In this document: positions 12,621-25,007 of the stretch, piece after piece
Numbering within the stretch: the first letter of the stretch is position 1
Layout of the letters: each line of letters begins with the position of its first letter
Assembly (NCBI GenBank): GCA_038496445.1
Contig: JALMLS010000531.1
Location: forward strand, 1 to 64,000
Direction of reading: 5' to 3'
From: Trichosphaerium sp. ATCC 40318
Lineage: Eukaryota > Protista > Tubulinea
Length of the DNA stretch: 64,000 nucleotides
Notes under the pieces: model-generated
Told to the model about the DNA's origin: nothing
What the model saw: only the letters and a program-made list of their open reading frames with translations
Database searches by the model: none
Program-made: the position numbers and the translations under genes

Positions 12621-13504
12621 AAAATAACAACCTGTTTCAGTTTAGTTACATATTGTAAGTATCCTGATCATGTGCTGTGAGTGCTTGCGATATTTGTTTT
12701 TGGTTATACTGCTTGTTAATCTTATGTGAACTATTGCTACCAGGGTATTCCAGGGAAACCTTCGAAACCCAAATCAAACAGCTTGGGCTAACACTCAAAA
12801 TTAGTTCATCTTTATGTGTAGTACGATTTATTCACTAGCGACAACTAGCGATAAGAATTCTATCATGACGGCATACGAAGTCTCATACTGATTTCATATA
12901 CGTTACACAGAAGATAACAATTTAGTTATCCGATAGGCACCCTTCTTACCATTCGAAATCACGTGCGAAATGTTTTCTGATTTTCGTGACAGTGCACATT
13001 AGATTGCGAATAATAAAAAACATTAGCCTCTTTTAGGTGGTTCTGAACCTGAACAATCGTCAGGTGATCAATAATTTACTTAAAAATAGAACAACTAGCT
13101 GCCGTAAGCACGATACATTGTGCGCATTTCATGGTAAATTTGTTTCTATTACTTAGAAGTGCGGGTTATGGTGAAACAAAAGGGGTGGTTTTATCGGGTT
13201 TTTTGTTACAGAGCTACCTATGTACCCTACTAGCGTATTTAGCACTTTTCATTGTTTGTTGGCAGCTACCACGAACCCTACACTATTACGATTCACTGTT
13301 TTTATTACCAGTAAACCTTTCCGGAATCTGTAAAGTAAAAGTGTAAACGCTTTCAAAAAAAAAAGTCAGCTTGCGTAGTAGCACGTGCAGACGTATTTAA
13401 GGAACAGTCAATATAAACCATACCAAGGTATCAAATGTGGTAACAATCATGTGCAAAAAGAGCTAGAAAGTATAAGGGGTAATTTATCAAGGATCCTTTT
13501 TGCT

Positions 13505-14386
13505 TTAAATGTCATCTTCGTATGTTGCGATGGGCACTTTCTGTGCTTGTGAGATAATTTGAGTCATATCTTTAACATGGTTGAGATCTATGTTGGATGG
13601 TATTTGGAACGCTGGAGGCTTAACAATGGATAACTTTTCATCTCTGTTTTTTTTAAGAATCAGTTCAATTTTAGAGGTTTTGACTTGTTGCGTACCCGAC
13701 AATCTTTCTAAGTAGGTGAAGGAATGGTTCTAATGTATTAAAATCTTCTTTTACTAACACCCATTAATGGAATAATAGTGGAGGCAATTGTTTCTTGCTT
13801 TTTTCTTCAAAGTACCTGACATCGGGAAGTACTCAAGACCTTTCCTGGCAGGATACAATATCACTCTGTGAGGCACCTATTTGTCAATAGATGAGTACTA
13901 TAAAGGGTCGCTTGTTGTACCTTATGAGGTCGTAAGTCTATTTTGTTACCTACCATAACAATAGGGATACTACACACTCGAGAAATATCTTTCCACCAGC
14001 TTGGTGTATTCTTATACGTAACACGTGAATTAACAGCAAACATGATAATTGCACCACCAGAGTTTGCACTAGAGATATAAGTCTCCGACTTTTAGGCTCG
14101 TTACAGTGAAACACATACTAGAACGCATCTCTTGGTCGACCAAACTTTTCTGAGCTTTTGAGCTGAAATAGCTGTAAAATTATTTTACCACGTGATGTGA
14201 ACAATGGTATTTCATCTACTACGCTTGTAAGAGTTGCTAGTATTTATTTTAGTATGGTTGTAGACTTATGAGGTGACTACCAATGTACTTATGCTTAGAA
14301 TCATGATCTCTAAGGCTGCTCACGAGAGATTCTTTGCCAACACCGTAGTCACCAACAACTGCCACTTTAAACTTCGGCCACTGCAT
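13505..14386 (-). CDS. Divergent Ran-family small GTPase paralogue (probable pseudo-GTPase); multi-exon
   Basis: Spliced product is colinear with Ran: FKVAVVGDYGVGKES, KYIATL, FTSRG, EKFGRPRDAFY, AIIMFAVNSRVTYKNTPSWWKDISRVC, IPIVMVGNKID, EPFLHLLRKIVGD, acidic tail YEDDI. Confidence 0.88.
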
Positions 14387-14729
14387 CTGTAGAGTAAAGC
14401 AGTTACATAACGCCATCGCCAAACCTGCTAGGTTGGATTTACGTACTGTAGCGCTGGTGATTCGTTTACGATTGTTCGTGGAATTAGATTAAATTGTGGA
14501 GGCGTATTAGAAGCTTGTCATTATTGTACGCTCAATCAGAAACAAGATTGCTCGGAATAAGACATCTATTGACCGCAAACAACGATATTGTTATTATTAG
14601 TACCACCTGGCTATTTTGTCTACGCTGACATTAACGTTGGTGTATCAGATAGGAGTATGATCCATAATAGTGCGTTTTTCTTTTATTGATACGTTAACTT
14701 TACAGCTGTCGCATTGAGTTGGCCTATTA

Positions 14730-17700
14730 ATGAGTTTAGATGATAAAGCGCACGTATTTTTTAACGAATTACACTACTACAACTGGGGTGTTACAACTGG
14801 ACAAGCTATAGAGATCGCTGGTCCTTCAGGTACTTTTCATTGTGTTAGAGTAGAAATACGTATTTTTCGAGTCTACACGCGATTTGCGCTTGTCAATATC
14901 ATTAACAGGCATAAATTGATAATTTAGATACAAATCTAACTGATTGGCAAATTGTTTTGTATAGTGAACACGACGGCAAAGCAACGAGCAATGTGACGCT
15001 AGCAGGTACCTCGTGGTACAGTACAATAGTATTAAACTAATAATTAAACGAAAGGCACCATACCAGACTTACAGAATGGCTTCGGTGTAGTACACATACC
15101 TATGACGCTACCTCAGCAAGCTGGTATCGCTCTAGTAAACGAGAACGCTGAATTAGTACATTTCGTGAGCTATGGCGGCAAGTTCTTCTATTCCAATGCA
15201 CCTTGTTTCATCTGATTTAATTAAACAGGTTCTGGGTCCTTTTATGGCCGTGATGGACCTGCTTCAGGTATTAATAGTGATCATATACCTTTAATAGAGC
15301 CTTGGCTCAATAAACGCGGATGGTCTTTGCAGCTTAAAGGCTCTGGACATCTGTATGGTGATTTTAAATGGCGTGGACCAGAACCACAATGTTTTGGTAG
15401 TATAAATGATAATCAATCCTTCGGTGCGTGTTCCAAAAATCAACCTGTGAATAAATATCTTCACGCAGTAAAACCAAACGAGATTTTATATTAAGAAATA
15501 AGAAAACTGATGTCAATACGAGATTGTGACACTTCGTTCATTGAATGATATATGTCAATTCTTTTTTGTTTCGTTAGCGTTTATTATCAATCCCTATTGT
15601 AACATATAAATATTAGGTACACCGTTACCCACAGGGATAGTAATGGGGCCAAGTGTTTTATTTAGAGGTTGTGATAACTCAAATTATAAACTTGCTATCA
15701 TATTAGTTATCGATACTCTTTATATCAGAGGTACGTGCACCCATTTTGGTCTTTACAACTGTACCTTATACTATCTCTTGTTCTTCTAGCGTAAGCACTA
15801 ATAAGTTAATTAATTATTGATTTTAGATGATCCAAAGCTTACAGTAGAGCCACAACCTCAAACTCCTATAAATTCTATAGAATTAGCTAAACTTGATAAT
15901 ATGAAAGTTCTTCGTTTCGATTTTACAATGAACCAATATGAATCTGAGTATATTGTAACATACACACTGAACCAAACGTCACACAACATAGTTGTACGCT
16001 TTAGGAATAGAAAAATACAATACCGAAATTTCTACATGAAAACGAAAGATAGTTCAACAGCTGTTGACTTATAACGTCGTTTCTAATTGTTTTGATAGGT
16101 GCCTGGTACCAGCACAGATATACGGCTTTCTGCATATTCATGTAATAATACATGCTCTAAACCTAGTGAAGGAAAGCCAGCCTTCTCTTTGTGGAAAGAT
16201 ATGCTTGAGAAACATAAACAAGATAAATTTCATCTTTTAGTTCATGCTGGTGATCAAGTGTATTCTGACTCACCGTATCCTTACATATGGGAAGTAAGTA
16301 CATATGTAATACATAATACTGTTTAAATAGTCCAACAGAGTCGAAGGGCTGGTGGTTTACATGGGTTTTTTAACTTTTGTTTCTTTTAGGATATAAAAAG
16401 TCTTCATCAAGGAACAGTTTCGTTTGAAACAAGCAGTAATGCTATTAAAGCAAAGTGGCCATTCTCAACTGAAGATCAGCAACAAGCACGACATTTTTAC
16501 TGGCGGACTTATGCAGAGTTATTTGGCCAAATGAATGTAGCTCCTCTTCTAGCACAAGTTCCAGGTACAATTTGTTTTTCCCTAGATTTTGTTGTTGCTT
16601 TTTGATTGAAGTTCGATTTAGGTATTATGATGTGGGATGATCATGATATATTTGATGGATACGGTAGTGTAAGTAATAGTATATTATAGTATAATAGCAT
16701 GCGTCATTTGATTGGTTATTAATAGTTTGTAGTTCCCTCCACATGTTCAAAAATCTCCGGTATTTAAGGGGTTGTTTGCTGCAGCAAAAGAAGCCTTTTG
16801 TTTATTTCAACTTGGATGTTCCCCTGATGACTTACCTGCCACTACGTTAGAGAATCAATCATGTACAACTATCGCCTATATGATGCGATTTTATTGATGT
16901 TTCTGTTTAGACTTCAGTCAGACTTATCGTATTAATGATATGGCTATACTAAGCTTAGATTGTAGATCAGAAAGATCTAAGAAACAAGTAATGTCACGTG
17001 AAACTTGGTCTGCTATTGATACGTTATTGGATAAACTAGTAAACGAAGACATATGTCACTTCGTAGTACTGTCTCCAGTACCAGTGATGTACGGTAATTA
17101 TGGTGCAGTAGTTGATAAGGTACATTGGTTTTTTTGAAAAAAATTGAACTTTTTTCTGGTTTTTCAACTTACGCTTTATCAGATGCTTGAACTAGCTAAT
17201 CATCGATACACAGATGATTTCCTTGACCAGTGGTCAAGTCATCGCCATTACTTAGAAAGAAGGATGTTTGTAGAGTCTCTGGAGAGATTTGTTCAACGAA
17301 AGAGCGGATGTAGGGTTTCTATTATTTCAGGTGATGCACATGTTGCTGCGCACTCTGTTATGGTTCCTAAGAAGCTATGGCTTTTTGGTAATATTCCACC
17401 AAATAACGGTGGTATATTTAACAATTTTACAACATCAGGGATTGGTTCATTTAGACCTGCAGGTAATTACAATATAATGTACCTTAAAAAAAAATGCATT
17501 TCAAAAAAAAAGTTTTATTGGTTTTCGTCAGCGAGGTTGGGGTTCATGTGACTACTAAATGCTTACTTGCCTTGTAGGAAATTTTTTTGCTCTTGGTTTG
17601 AAGTGGTCTGCTGGTCATAACCAGGATGTTACACCTAATACAAAAGGATATTTAAGACAATTTAAGGGAACATCAGTCACACATATCACCGAAAGGAATT

Positions 17701-17825
17701 TTATGACTATGTACTTTGAAGCGGAAGAAAAAGGATGCCATGTCCAGTGGCACATTGAAGGAGGTGATTCGAATACATACAAATTTTATATGCGCAAGTT
17801 TTTACATAAAGCACAGTCAACTTGA
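14730..17825 (+). CDS. PhoD-like metallophosphatase with N-terminal lamin-tail-domain-like (bacterial type) region; multi-exon
   Basis: PhoD motifs: SAYSCN, HAGDQVYSD, MMWDDHDIFDGYGS, LDCRSERS, DDFLDQW, ISGDAHVA. N-terminal 'VFFNELHYYNWG...IEIAGPS', 'GIALV...HFVSYG', 'GPASG', 'SLQLKGSG...DFKW' resemble bacterial LTD-type domains. Confidence 0.85.
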
Positions 17826-18315
17826 AAAAAAACAGTTGTAATTCTACAAGCCCACAAATAAAGTGAAACTAAGCCACCGATTAGTCTACGCTGACACATG
17901 CGATTAAAGCTTGTAGACTCTAGACTAACTTCGTTCTACAGAGATTACGTAGAGTCATCTTCTCCATTAAACTATTGGTGGCGTATTTTGAGGTAGTTGC
18001 TGATTGATCCGCTTGGATGATTGATTTTACGCCAAACACATGTTTAAACCATTTTAAACTTACCAACACTAACGCAGCACGTTCTCTACTGCCTAGAAGT
18101 GGTTCCAACATGTCGGACAACGATAGTGGTACGTTTACGCTCTTAAATCGTGTGTTTGCGCGTAGAAAACACTTTTGTATCGCGCAGAAGCTATACCACG
18201 CTCTGCCTTGCCAATGAAACGCTTCTGAAGGCGAATTCTGCGGTTGTTAATTTGCATGACTTTTTTTATATTATCAACGCCCACCGACACCACAACACCA
18301 ATTAACAAGTACTAG

Positions 18316-21300
18316 AGGCAAGAAACACCCAGAGTGTTGATCCAACACCAGGTGAGCAGAAAGTTATGCTACGTACGTTATTTTATCAAATTCAGTAATT
18401 ACACGCAACTATGCGCTTTCGCGAATCAATCATGTCTTTGAAAAAACTAATTCTGTGCAATACTAGGTTTCGATTCTGAGGAACTTGCGAAGTTGGATTC
18501 AAAGGGCATCAGAGATTTAGCCCGCATCCACACTACCTTTAATGTGAATGACGACCTGCCACAACTTCGAGCATGCCTAGAGGGCCAACATACCGAGAGT
18601 GTTATTATCCTGGATCTGTTTTATGACACTTATCTCGAGCTGTTGAAAACATTTGTAGGCAACACAATAAGCCTGAGTGAACCAAGCGGGCCTGGCCAAC
18701 AGGCACACCCAAAATCGTACTTCACCCCAATTTTGGGACTTTACTTCGGATGTGGTACTTATTATTACCTTGGTTGTTTGTATTATTTTTGAGTCTTAAG
18801 TTTCTTAGGCAAGACAACATTTTTGATGAATTTTCAAGTGGCTATTTCGACAGGCCTTTTACATTACATAGAAGAAGCTGGATTAAACCATTTTGATATA
18901 CCACCATTTAGTCAGGATCCAAAGAAGAATAAAGCTGCTGTAACAACGCTTGCAGAAAATATCCTCGAAGGAGACATGGTATTTATCGATGTGCGATTCA
19001 TCAAACCAATGTCTGATGCCAAATTCAATGAAGCGGAATGCAACAAAAAAGTTATTGAAAACTTTTTTGAGCAAATAAATAAAGCACGTGGATTAGGTAC
19101 AAAGCTTGAACTCACATTTATTCTCTCTAACACTGTGTAGACTTTGCCAAGTTTTTTGAAGAAATAAAAAATACAAGTGAATTAGGTACAAGAAAGTTGA
19201 ACTTATAAACATGTTCTAACACTTTGTAGGCTCAGATGATATTCCTAAAAAAATGGACACTTTAGAAAACGCAATAATATTCTATCACAACAACGTGGAA
19301 CACGATCTCCCACTTGTTGTTTGCATAGACGAGTTAAGCCCAACAAATAGATTCTCGACAGAATCGGTAAATTTTTTGTTTTTTTGGATTGAAGTTAACA
19401 AGTACCAGCTAAAAGGATTTGAACTTTTCGTGGGATGGATATGGGGATCTGTATACGATGCTGCATTTAAATTGAAAGGAGAGCGCGAAATACATTTCGT
19501 GATGGCCGGACACAACCCAATTTTCATGGACATTGGTGGGTTAGAAGACACCAACGAAGTTTCAACGTGGAGACGTGATTCGATTACAAAAAGTAAACCA
19601 CTTCTCCTAAACGTACATTTAGCAGATATTAAATGCTTTATGACTAACTTTACTAGACGTTTACACCAGAGTTTATGTGCAGAATTATTGATAAGGCAAT
19701 AAATGTGCATGACCAACCTATTCGCTTTGATGACGATGCAAAGGAAGAGTATACAAAGGCCATAGTTGATGATTATGCAGGTCATCCTAGATATATACAA
19801 AATATATTCAAGTAAGCTATTGGTAAAAGTCCTTGCGCTAATGTTGTACTCAGTGGAGAATTGGCTTTAGCGAGAGAGTATTTGCGTTGCCAAAAGTACA
19901 TTACAAACAGTTACCAGTGAAATTTATTGTTCTATTTTTAGGAAATGTAAGCATATCAAGCTAGAAGATGTAAAACAGTACGGATTAAACATAATTACTA
20001 GCTCACTCATAGTTTGATTTAAGAATGGTGGCAGAGGCGTGGAATAGGGCTACACACACAGATGACAGGGAAAGAGAAATAAACAATATCTTGGATCCAT
20101 GCATGTTCGATGCAGCAGGATATGACTCTGTGCTATTCGCGTTTGCTAAAATAGCCCTGGTTTCTCGCTATAATCTCCCTATAGCAGTAGGAGAAACTGT
20201 AGAAGAGGCCATGGCAACAAAGTTTCAAATTAACAAAAAGGAGACCACTAGTAGAACTATTTTTTCGCTCAAAAAGATACACTCAATTGTACCAATGATG
20301 CTCACACAAGAGAAAAAAGGAAAAGCAACATTCCTTTATCCGAAGCTCCCAGCTCCTGTGACAAAGTTTTTAAGCGATAACTGTTCAGAAAGCCAACTGA
20401 AAGATTGGTTGCAATTTGGGAAAAGTGCCGACAAAGGTACTTAGCCAGATTGGTTTATCTTAATATTGCTAGGAGCACTATTAGAGAGGATATCAAAACT
20501 TGGGTTCGGTGAGCACAAGGGCAAACAATTCTCAGACGTTATACCATCTTTAGCAGACACTAAATTGAAGGTAAGACCTTTAAATTGTTTTTCTACAACA
20601 TAACAACATATAGGGAGTTAACATTCCAACAATATGTAATTCGTTTCCTAAAGTGACCAGCGGAGCAGGACTTCTCAAGTCTGAAATTACCGAAAAACAA
20701 GCAAAAGAATTGCTACAAGCACACAGTACAGATTTTATGAAAATATGGAAGGTGTACTCACCTCCTTGCATGCTAAATCCTTGCTCAATGTCGAGTATGT
20801 GAAACGTTTCTACGTATACAGTTTATTAAACAATAAGCAGGTTCAATGGACTTTTATCTCAAGGGATGTACAATTGGAAATGCTGAAGGTACAACCGCAG
20901 TGTGCAATATCGGATGCCAAATGAAGGTAAATTGCTACGGATAAAACCTTAATTAATCTTTTTTGATATAGGCGGAACAAGATGGATTAATGTTTAATCA
21001 GATAGCCCGTGAGCTCAACAAGTATCATGTGGATACTTCTGATGCATCAATTAACGTGGTAATGTTTTTATGTGTTAAAATAGGCGCAGAGTTGACAGCA
21101 TGCCTTGGAGACACAACTGTTATGCTTGAACGTACGTACACATAGCTTTTAATTATTATTGTACGAAATTAACACAACAACAATGTAGCTGGAGAATACA
21201 GAAAAGTTCCTGGCAAAGCTCTGTTTAACGTTACTACGAATACAATTATCATTAATGGTAAAAAGGTATGCTGTACCCCATTGTCAACAAAATACTAATG

Positions 21301-23900
21301 CGCTATAACAGATAAAACTGTTTGAAGCACCTAGCAATAGTATTAAACCAGGGAATGTAATATCAGTGGAGTCAAAAGTAACAATATCCAAAGGTGATCA
21401 TGTGACCACCCCTATTAAGAAGCTAGCAGTGAGTGATAGAGATGCTGCGGAAGTACTTGCGATCTGTGATGGGCAAAAGCTTTTGCTGTATAAAAAAGCT
21501 ACTGCTTCATCGCCCAAAAAAGCTACTGCTTCATCGCCTAAAAAAGCTACTGCTTCATCGCCCAAAAAAGCTACTGCTTCATCGCCCAAAAAAGATACTG
21601 CTTCATCGCCCAAAAAAGCAGATCCACTTAAAAAAAAAAAAATTTGCACGGACTCATTCACAATACCTCCAGATATGGATGTTTGTGTGCTTTGTCTAAA
21701 AGACATCAAACTTTTATGCAATAAAAAGATCAATGAAAATTTCCAACAAGAAACATTCGGAAACAACTCTCAACTGAATGGTTATGGCTTGAACGAAGGT
21801 GCACTCATAATGAACAGTACGTAAAATTGATACAATGTATATTTTGTTAATACACGTCATTAGGTGACATTATGAGTTTCCTCAATCTTAAACCAAAGAC
21901 GAAAACCATAACACTGTTTAACATCCGTACCAAAGAACAATTTGAAGTAAGAACCCAACGTGGTGACAACTACAGCAAAATAAGTACAAAATGCGAAAAT
22001 ATTTTTTCTACAGCTTAATCTTGTTTTAGTTAAAGACGAGTGTGGTATAGCCACTCTTCTCTTTGATGACAAACACTGTGCCATACTAGAGTATGATAAA
22101 GTTAAAGAAGGCGGTAAATACTACTTTGATCCACAGCTATGCTGTGAACCCAAGTTAGTCCATTTACATTACAGGGGTAAAGTGGAAACTCTGCGTTTAG
22201 ATTTCGGATGCACTCTACATACTGCAGGCAATCTCTAGTATTATCAGCTTCCTTTTTTACTAATATCTTGCCAGTAAAAAACCTCTTTACACCAAAGTGG
22301 AAAAAAACAAGAGTGAACATTAAGATACATGACAAAGATGGAAAAATAATAAACGACTCTGATGTAGTTGATGGTGGTACCTACTACGTAGATGATGGCA
22401 TTCGAAAGATTAGCGTAGTTTTCAAAGGAGAAACTAAATGCACAAGTATTGGTCCATATACATTAATTCTTAATCATGGTACTGTAATATTTTACAACTA
22501 CTCCTCACAGATATGTAGTTGCAACCTTGTTCGGATTAGACTACGCTAAAATAGCCCTGCTATCCATGGACGGCACTAAAGTATATTATTACAAGGAATT
22601 GGTAGAAAACGACACTTACAAACTAGATGACGGCACAAGAGCTGTCAATGTTGTGTTTAAAGGAGAAACAAAATCCACAGATATTGGACCAGATACAAGA
22701 ATACCATATCAAGGTGCGTTAAGATCTCCCAAACAAGATAGATATTCTAACTGAAAGATAGTGGCTGGATTATTTGGACTAGATTCAAGTAAAATAAAAC
22801 TACAACTCGAAAATGGGAATGAAGTGGTCCACTATACACAAGTAGTGCATAACGACTCTTGTTTTGTTGTTCTAACGAAAAAGACAATCACGTTTATTTA
22901 CAAAGATACACCTAAACAACTTGAGATCAGTATACAATCTAGCTTGTATCTCGAAGGTACTTTGTGAATTTATACTTTCTCTAAAATGTCTTTTAGTTGC
23001 GGAATTATTTGGATTACAGCCTGATTGTATTACATTTAAAGACGAGTATGGACAAAAGGTTGTCAATAAAGACCTGATGACAAAGGATATATGCATTGTG
23101 GGTGATGCCATTAAAAAAATTACAGTCACTTACCAATATCCAAAAAAAGAACTTATAACAAAACACCTAAACATCACCACCGATACAAACTTGGTGGACG
23201 AAGGTACGAAGTTTCTTGGCAGCAAAACAAGTTTGATGTTGACATTATTCTTTTAGCCAAAGCTTTGTTCGGCTTGCAAGATGCTCCAGTGATTAAAGAT
23301 TTTACTGGCAGGGATGTGTATACCTACGCACAAGTAAAAGATGGCGGAGCATACCATGTAAAAGACACGTATCCGCAAGAGCTAGATAGTATGTACCATG
23401 AAAAAAAAAAAGCTACCAACAAAAGAAAAGCAACCAGTGATCATGAAGGACTTGTTGAAAAAAGACGTAAAACAACTTCCAGGTCTGATAATCAATCTCC
23501 AGAATACAAACGCAAGAAATCACCAAGCAATGATGATTACAGAAGCGGATACAAACAACCTACTAGACGTAAAGATAGTAGCAGGCGGCGTAATAATGAT
23601 AACAAGTATCACGATTATCACGATAGTCATGAAGATCGACAGTATCGCAACCGTCATAACAATGATAACAAGTACCACGACTATCATGATAAGTACTCTC
23701 AAACTGACCGTCGATATGATGGTGACTCTTCAAGAAGACACACAGATGCACGACGAAGAGACTTACCAAAACACCATCATTACGATCGTGATTCTCAAAA
23801 ACGCTGGGATAGGCGCACTGACCACCGAAGAGAAGGCACACGGAGTAGACAGCGAACAGATAAAGATGATTGGCACTCTAAAAAACGAAGCATGAGATAA
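18316..23900 (+). CDS. Family A copy 2: NTPase + restriction-fold nuclease + SPKK repeat insert + 6 Ubl-like repeats + basic tail; start uncertain
   Basis: PILGLYFGCG|KTTFL, PLVVCIDELS, HFVMAGHNP, YAGHPRYI, NPCSMSS|SMDFY...IGCQMK. Exon structure matches the other copies. Tail ORF 23265-23900. Confidence 0.78.
21492..21620 (+). repeat. Coding 24-bp minisatellite, ~5.4 units, encoding (KKATASSP)n
   Basis: aaaaaagctactgcttcatcgccc repeated, translated KKATASSP x4 + KKDTASSP + KKA. Absent from copies 1, 3 and 4. Confidence 0.95.
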
Positions 23901-24129
23901 GCTGCTTAAAAAAACCTCAGAACTGCTTGTCCTTGTTTCAACGTTGTTTTATAAAGGAATTTATTTCTCTATACAGCAGTCATTACAGTTTATCAGCATG
24001 TAAGCAGATATTTCTTTGTAACGCCTATATCATGTGCACATTTGATGTAATTTTTGATTGAACAGCGTCTTTAGTCTATATTTAGTCCCTGTTTGTTTTT
24101 TGGACTTGAACGACTTCCCCAGATGTATA

Positions 24130-24378
24130 TTAGGACGTAGTTGAGGCGTCAGGCGGTTTTACGACTACAGTCAAGTTTAAGTAATCTTTGTGTATATGGA
24201 ACCCTTCTAAAGTGAGTGTATCTTCAAGGAGCTTGCCACCCCACATAATAAGCTGCCTTTCGACAGGGATACCCTCTTTATTCCTTATCTGTTCTTTAAC
24301 GGCACTAATTGTATCTACAGGATCAACTTGAAGCCTCATACATTTACCACAGAGTGTAGTAGCAGTTATTTGTTGCAT
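24130..24378 (-). CDS. Stand-alone ubiquitin-like protein lacking the C-terminal di-glycine
   Basis: 'TLCGK...VDPVDTISAVKEQIRNKEGIPVERQLIMWGGKLLEDTLTL' aligns with ubiquitin. It ends '...VVVKPPDASTTS' with no LRGG. Confidence 0.85.
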   Translation of the reverse strand: MQQITATTLCGKCMRLQVDPVDTISAVKEQIRNKEGIPVERQLIMWGGKLLEDTLTLEGFHIHKDYLNLTVVVKPPDASTTS

Positions 24379-24540
24379 TTTGTTTCGCCTTCACTTTTGT
24401 TGAATTCCGTTTATTTAAGTATGCTATTTTGTTGTTTAAGTACAAAAATGTATCTAACTTTACCAACTAAAGTTGAATCTTTATCATAATATTGCCTCCT
24501 TACGGTTGCAAGTAGCTAGAGTTTTGCACTCTTATGCAAA

Positions 24541-24604
24541 GGAGATGCACAGGTTTCTGGAAGTTTCTGGAATTCTGGAACGCTCCAGAAACCTGTGCAT
24601 CTCC
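24541..24604. promoter_or_regulatory. Perfect 21-bp inverted repeat (22-nt loop) overlapping a 4-unit heat-shock-element-like array upstream of the ubiquitin-like gene
   Basis: Arms ggagatgcacaggtttctgga (24541-24561) and tccagaaacctgtgcatctcc (24584-24604). tTTCtgGAAgtTTCtgGAAt at 24554-24573. The hairpin is certain; the function is inferred. Confidence 0.5.
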
Positions 24605-25007
24605 AACGATTAAATACCAAGCTGGTCTTTTTTAAAAGTAACAACATCTGCAGGCGATTACCGTCGTGCATGTTTCTAAGCAAACCCATGAACAGCTAAA
24701 GAAGAGATTTGAACTTATTGTTCATTTTCTTCTCACTAGTGGCCACCTTACTCAAACAGGATATAAGGTACGTAAATTACGTGACTCAGGTTATCGGAGT
24801 GAATACACGATGACTTGGAAAAAAGAAGGGTAAAGTGCTCCTGAATTAGTTAGGTTAAATACGAGTTGGCGAGTTGGTAATTTCATAAGCTTGTTTCAAT
24901 CGTTTTAGAGCTTCAACAAGAATTTACAACAATACTTTCGGGTTGTTTGTATTAATGTACAGGATGCGAGATGAAGGGTGGTTTATTTACCAGTGGTTAC
25001 AACATTC

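Noticed and set aside
17920-18200. Possible F-box-like remnant on the minus strand (VPLSLSDMLEPLLGSRERAALVLVSLKW)
   Set aside because: Weak motif, no clear ATG or splice support; cannot be told from chance.
21492-21620. CRISPR-like array
   Set aside because: Head-to-tail coding repeat with no spacers, in a eukaryotic context with no cas genes.
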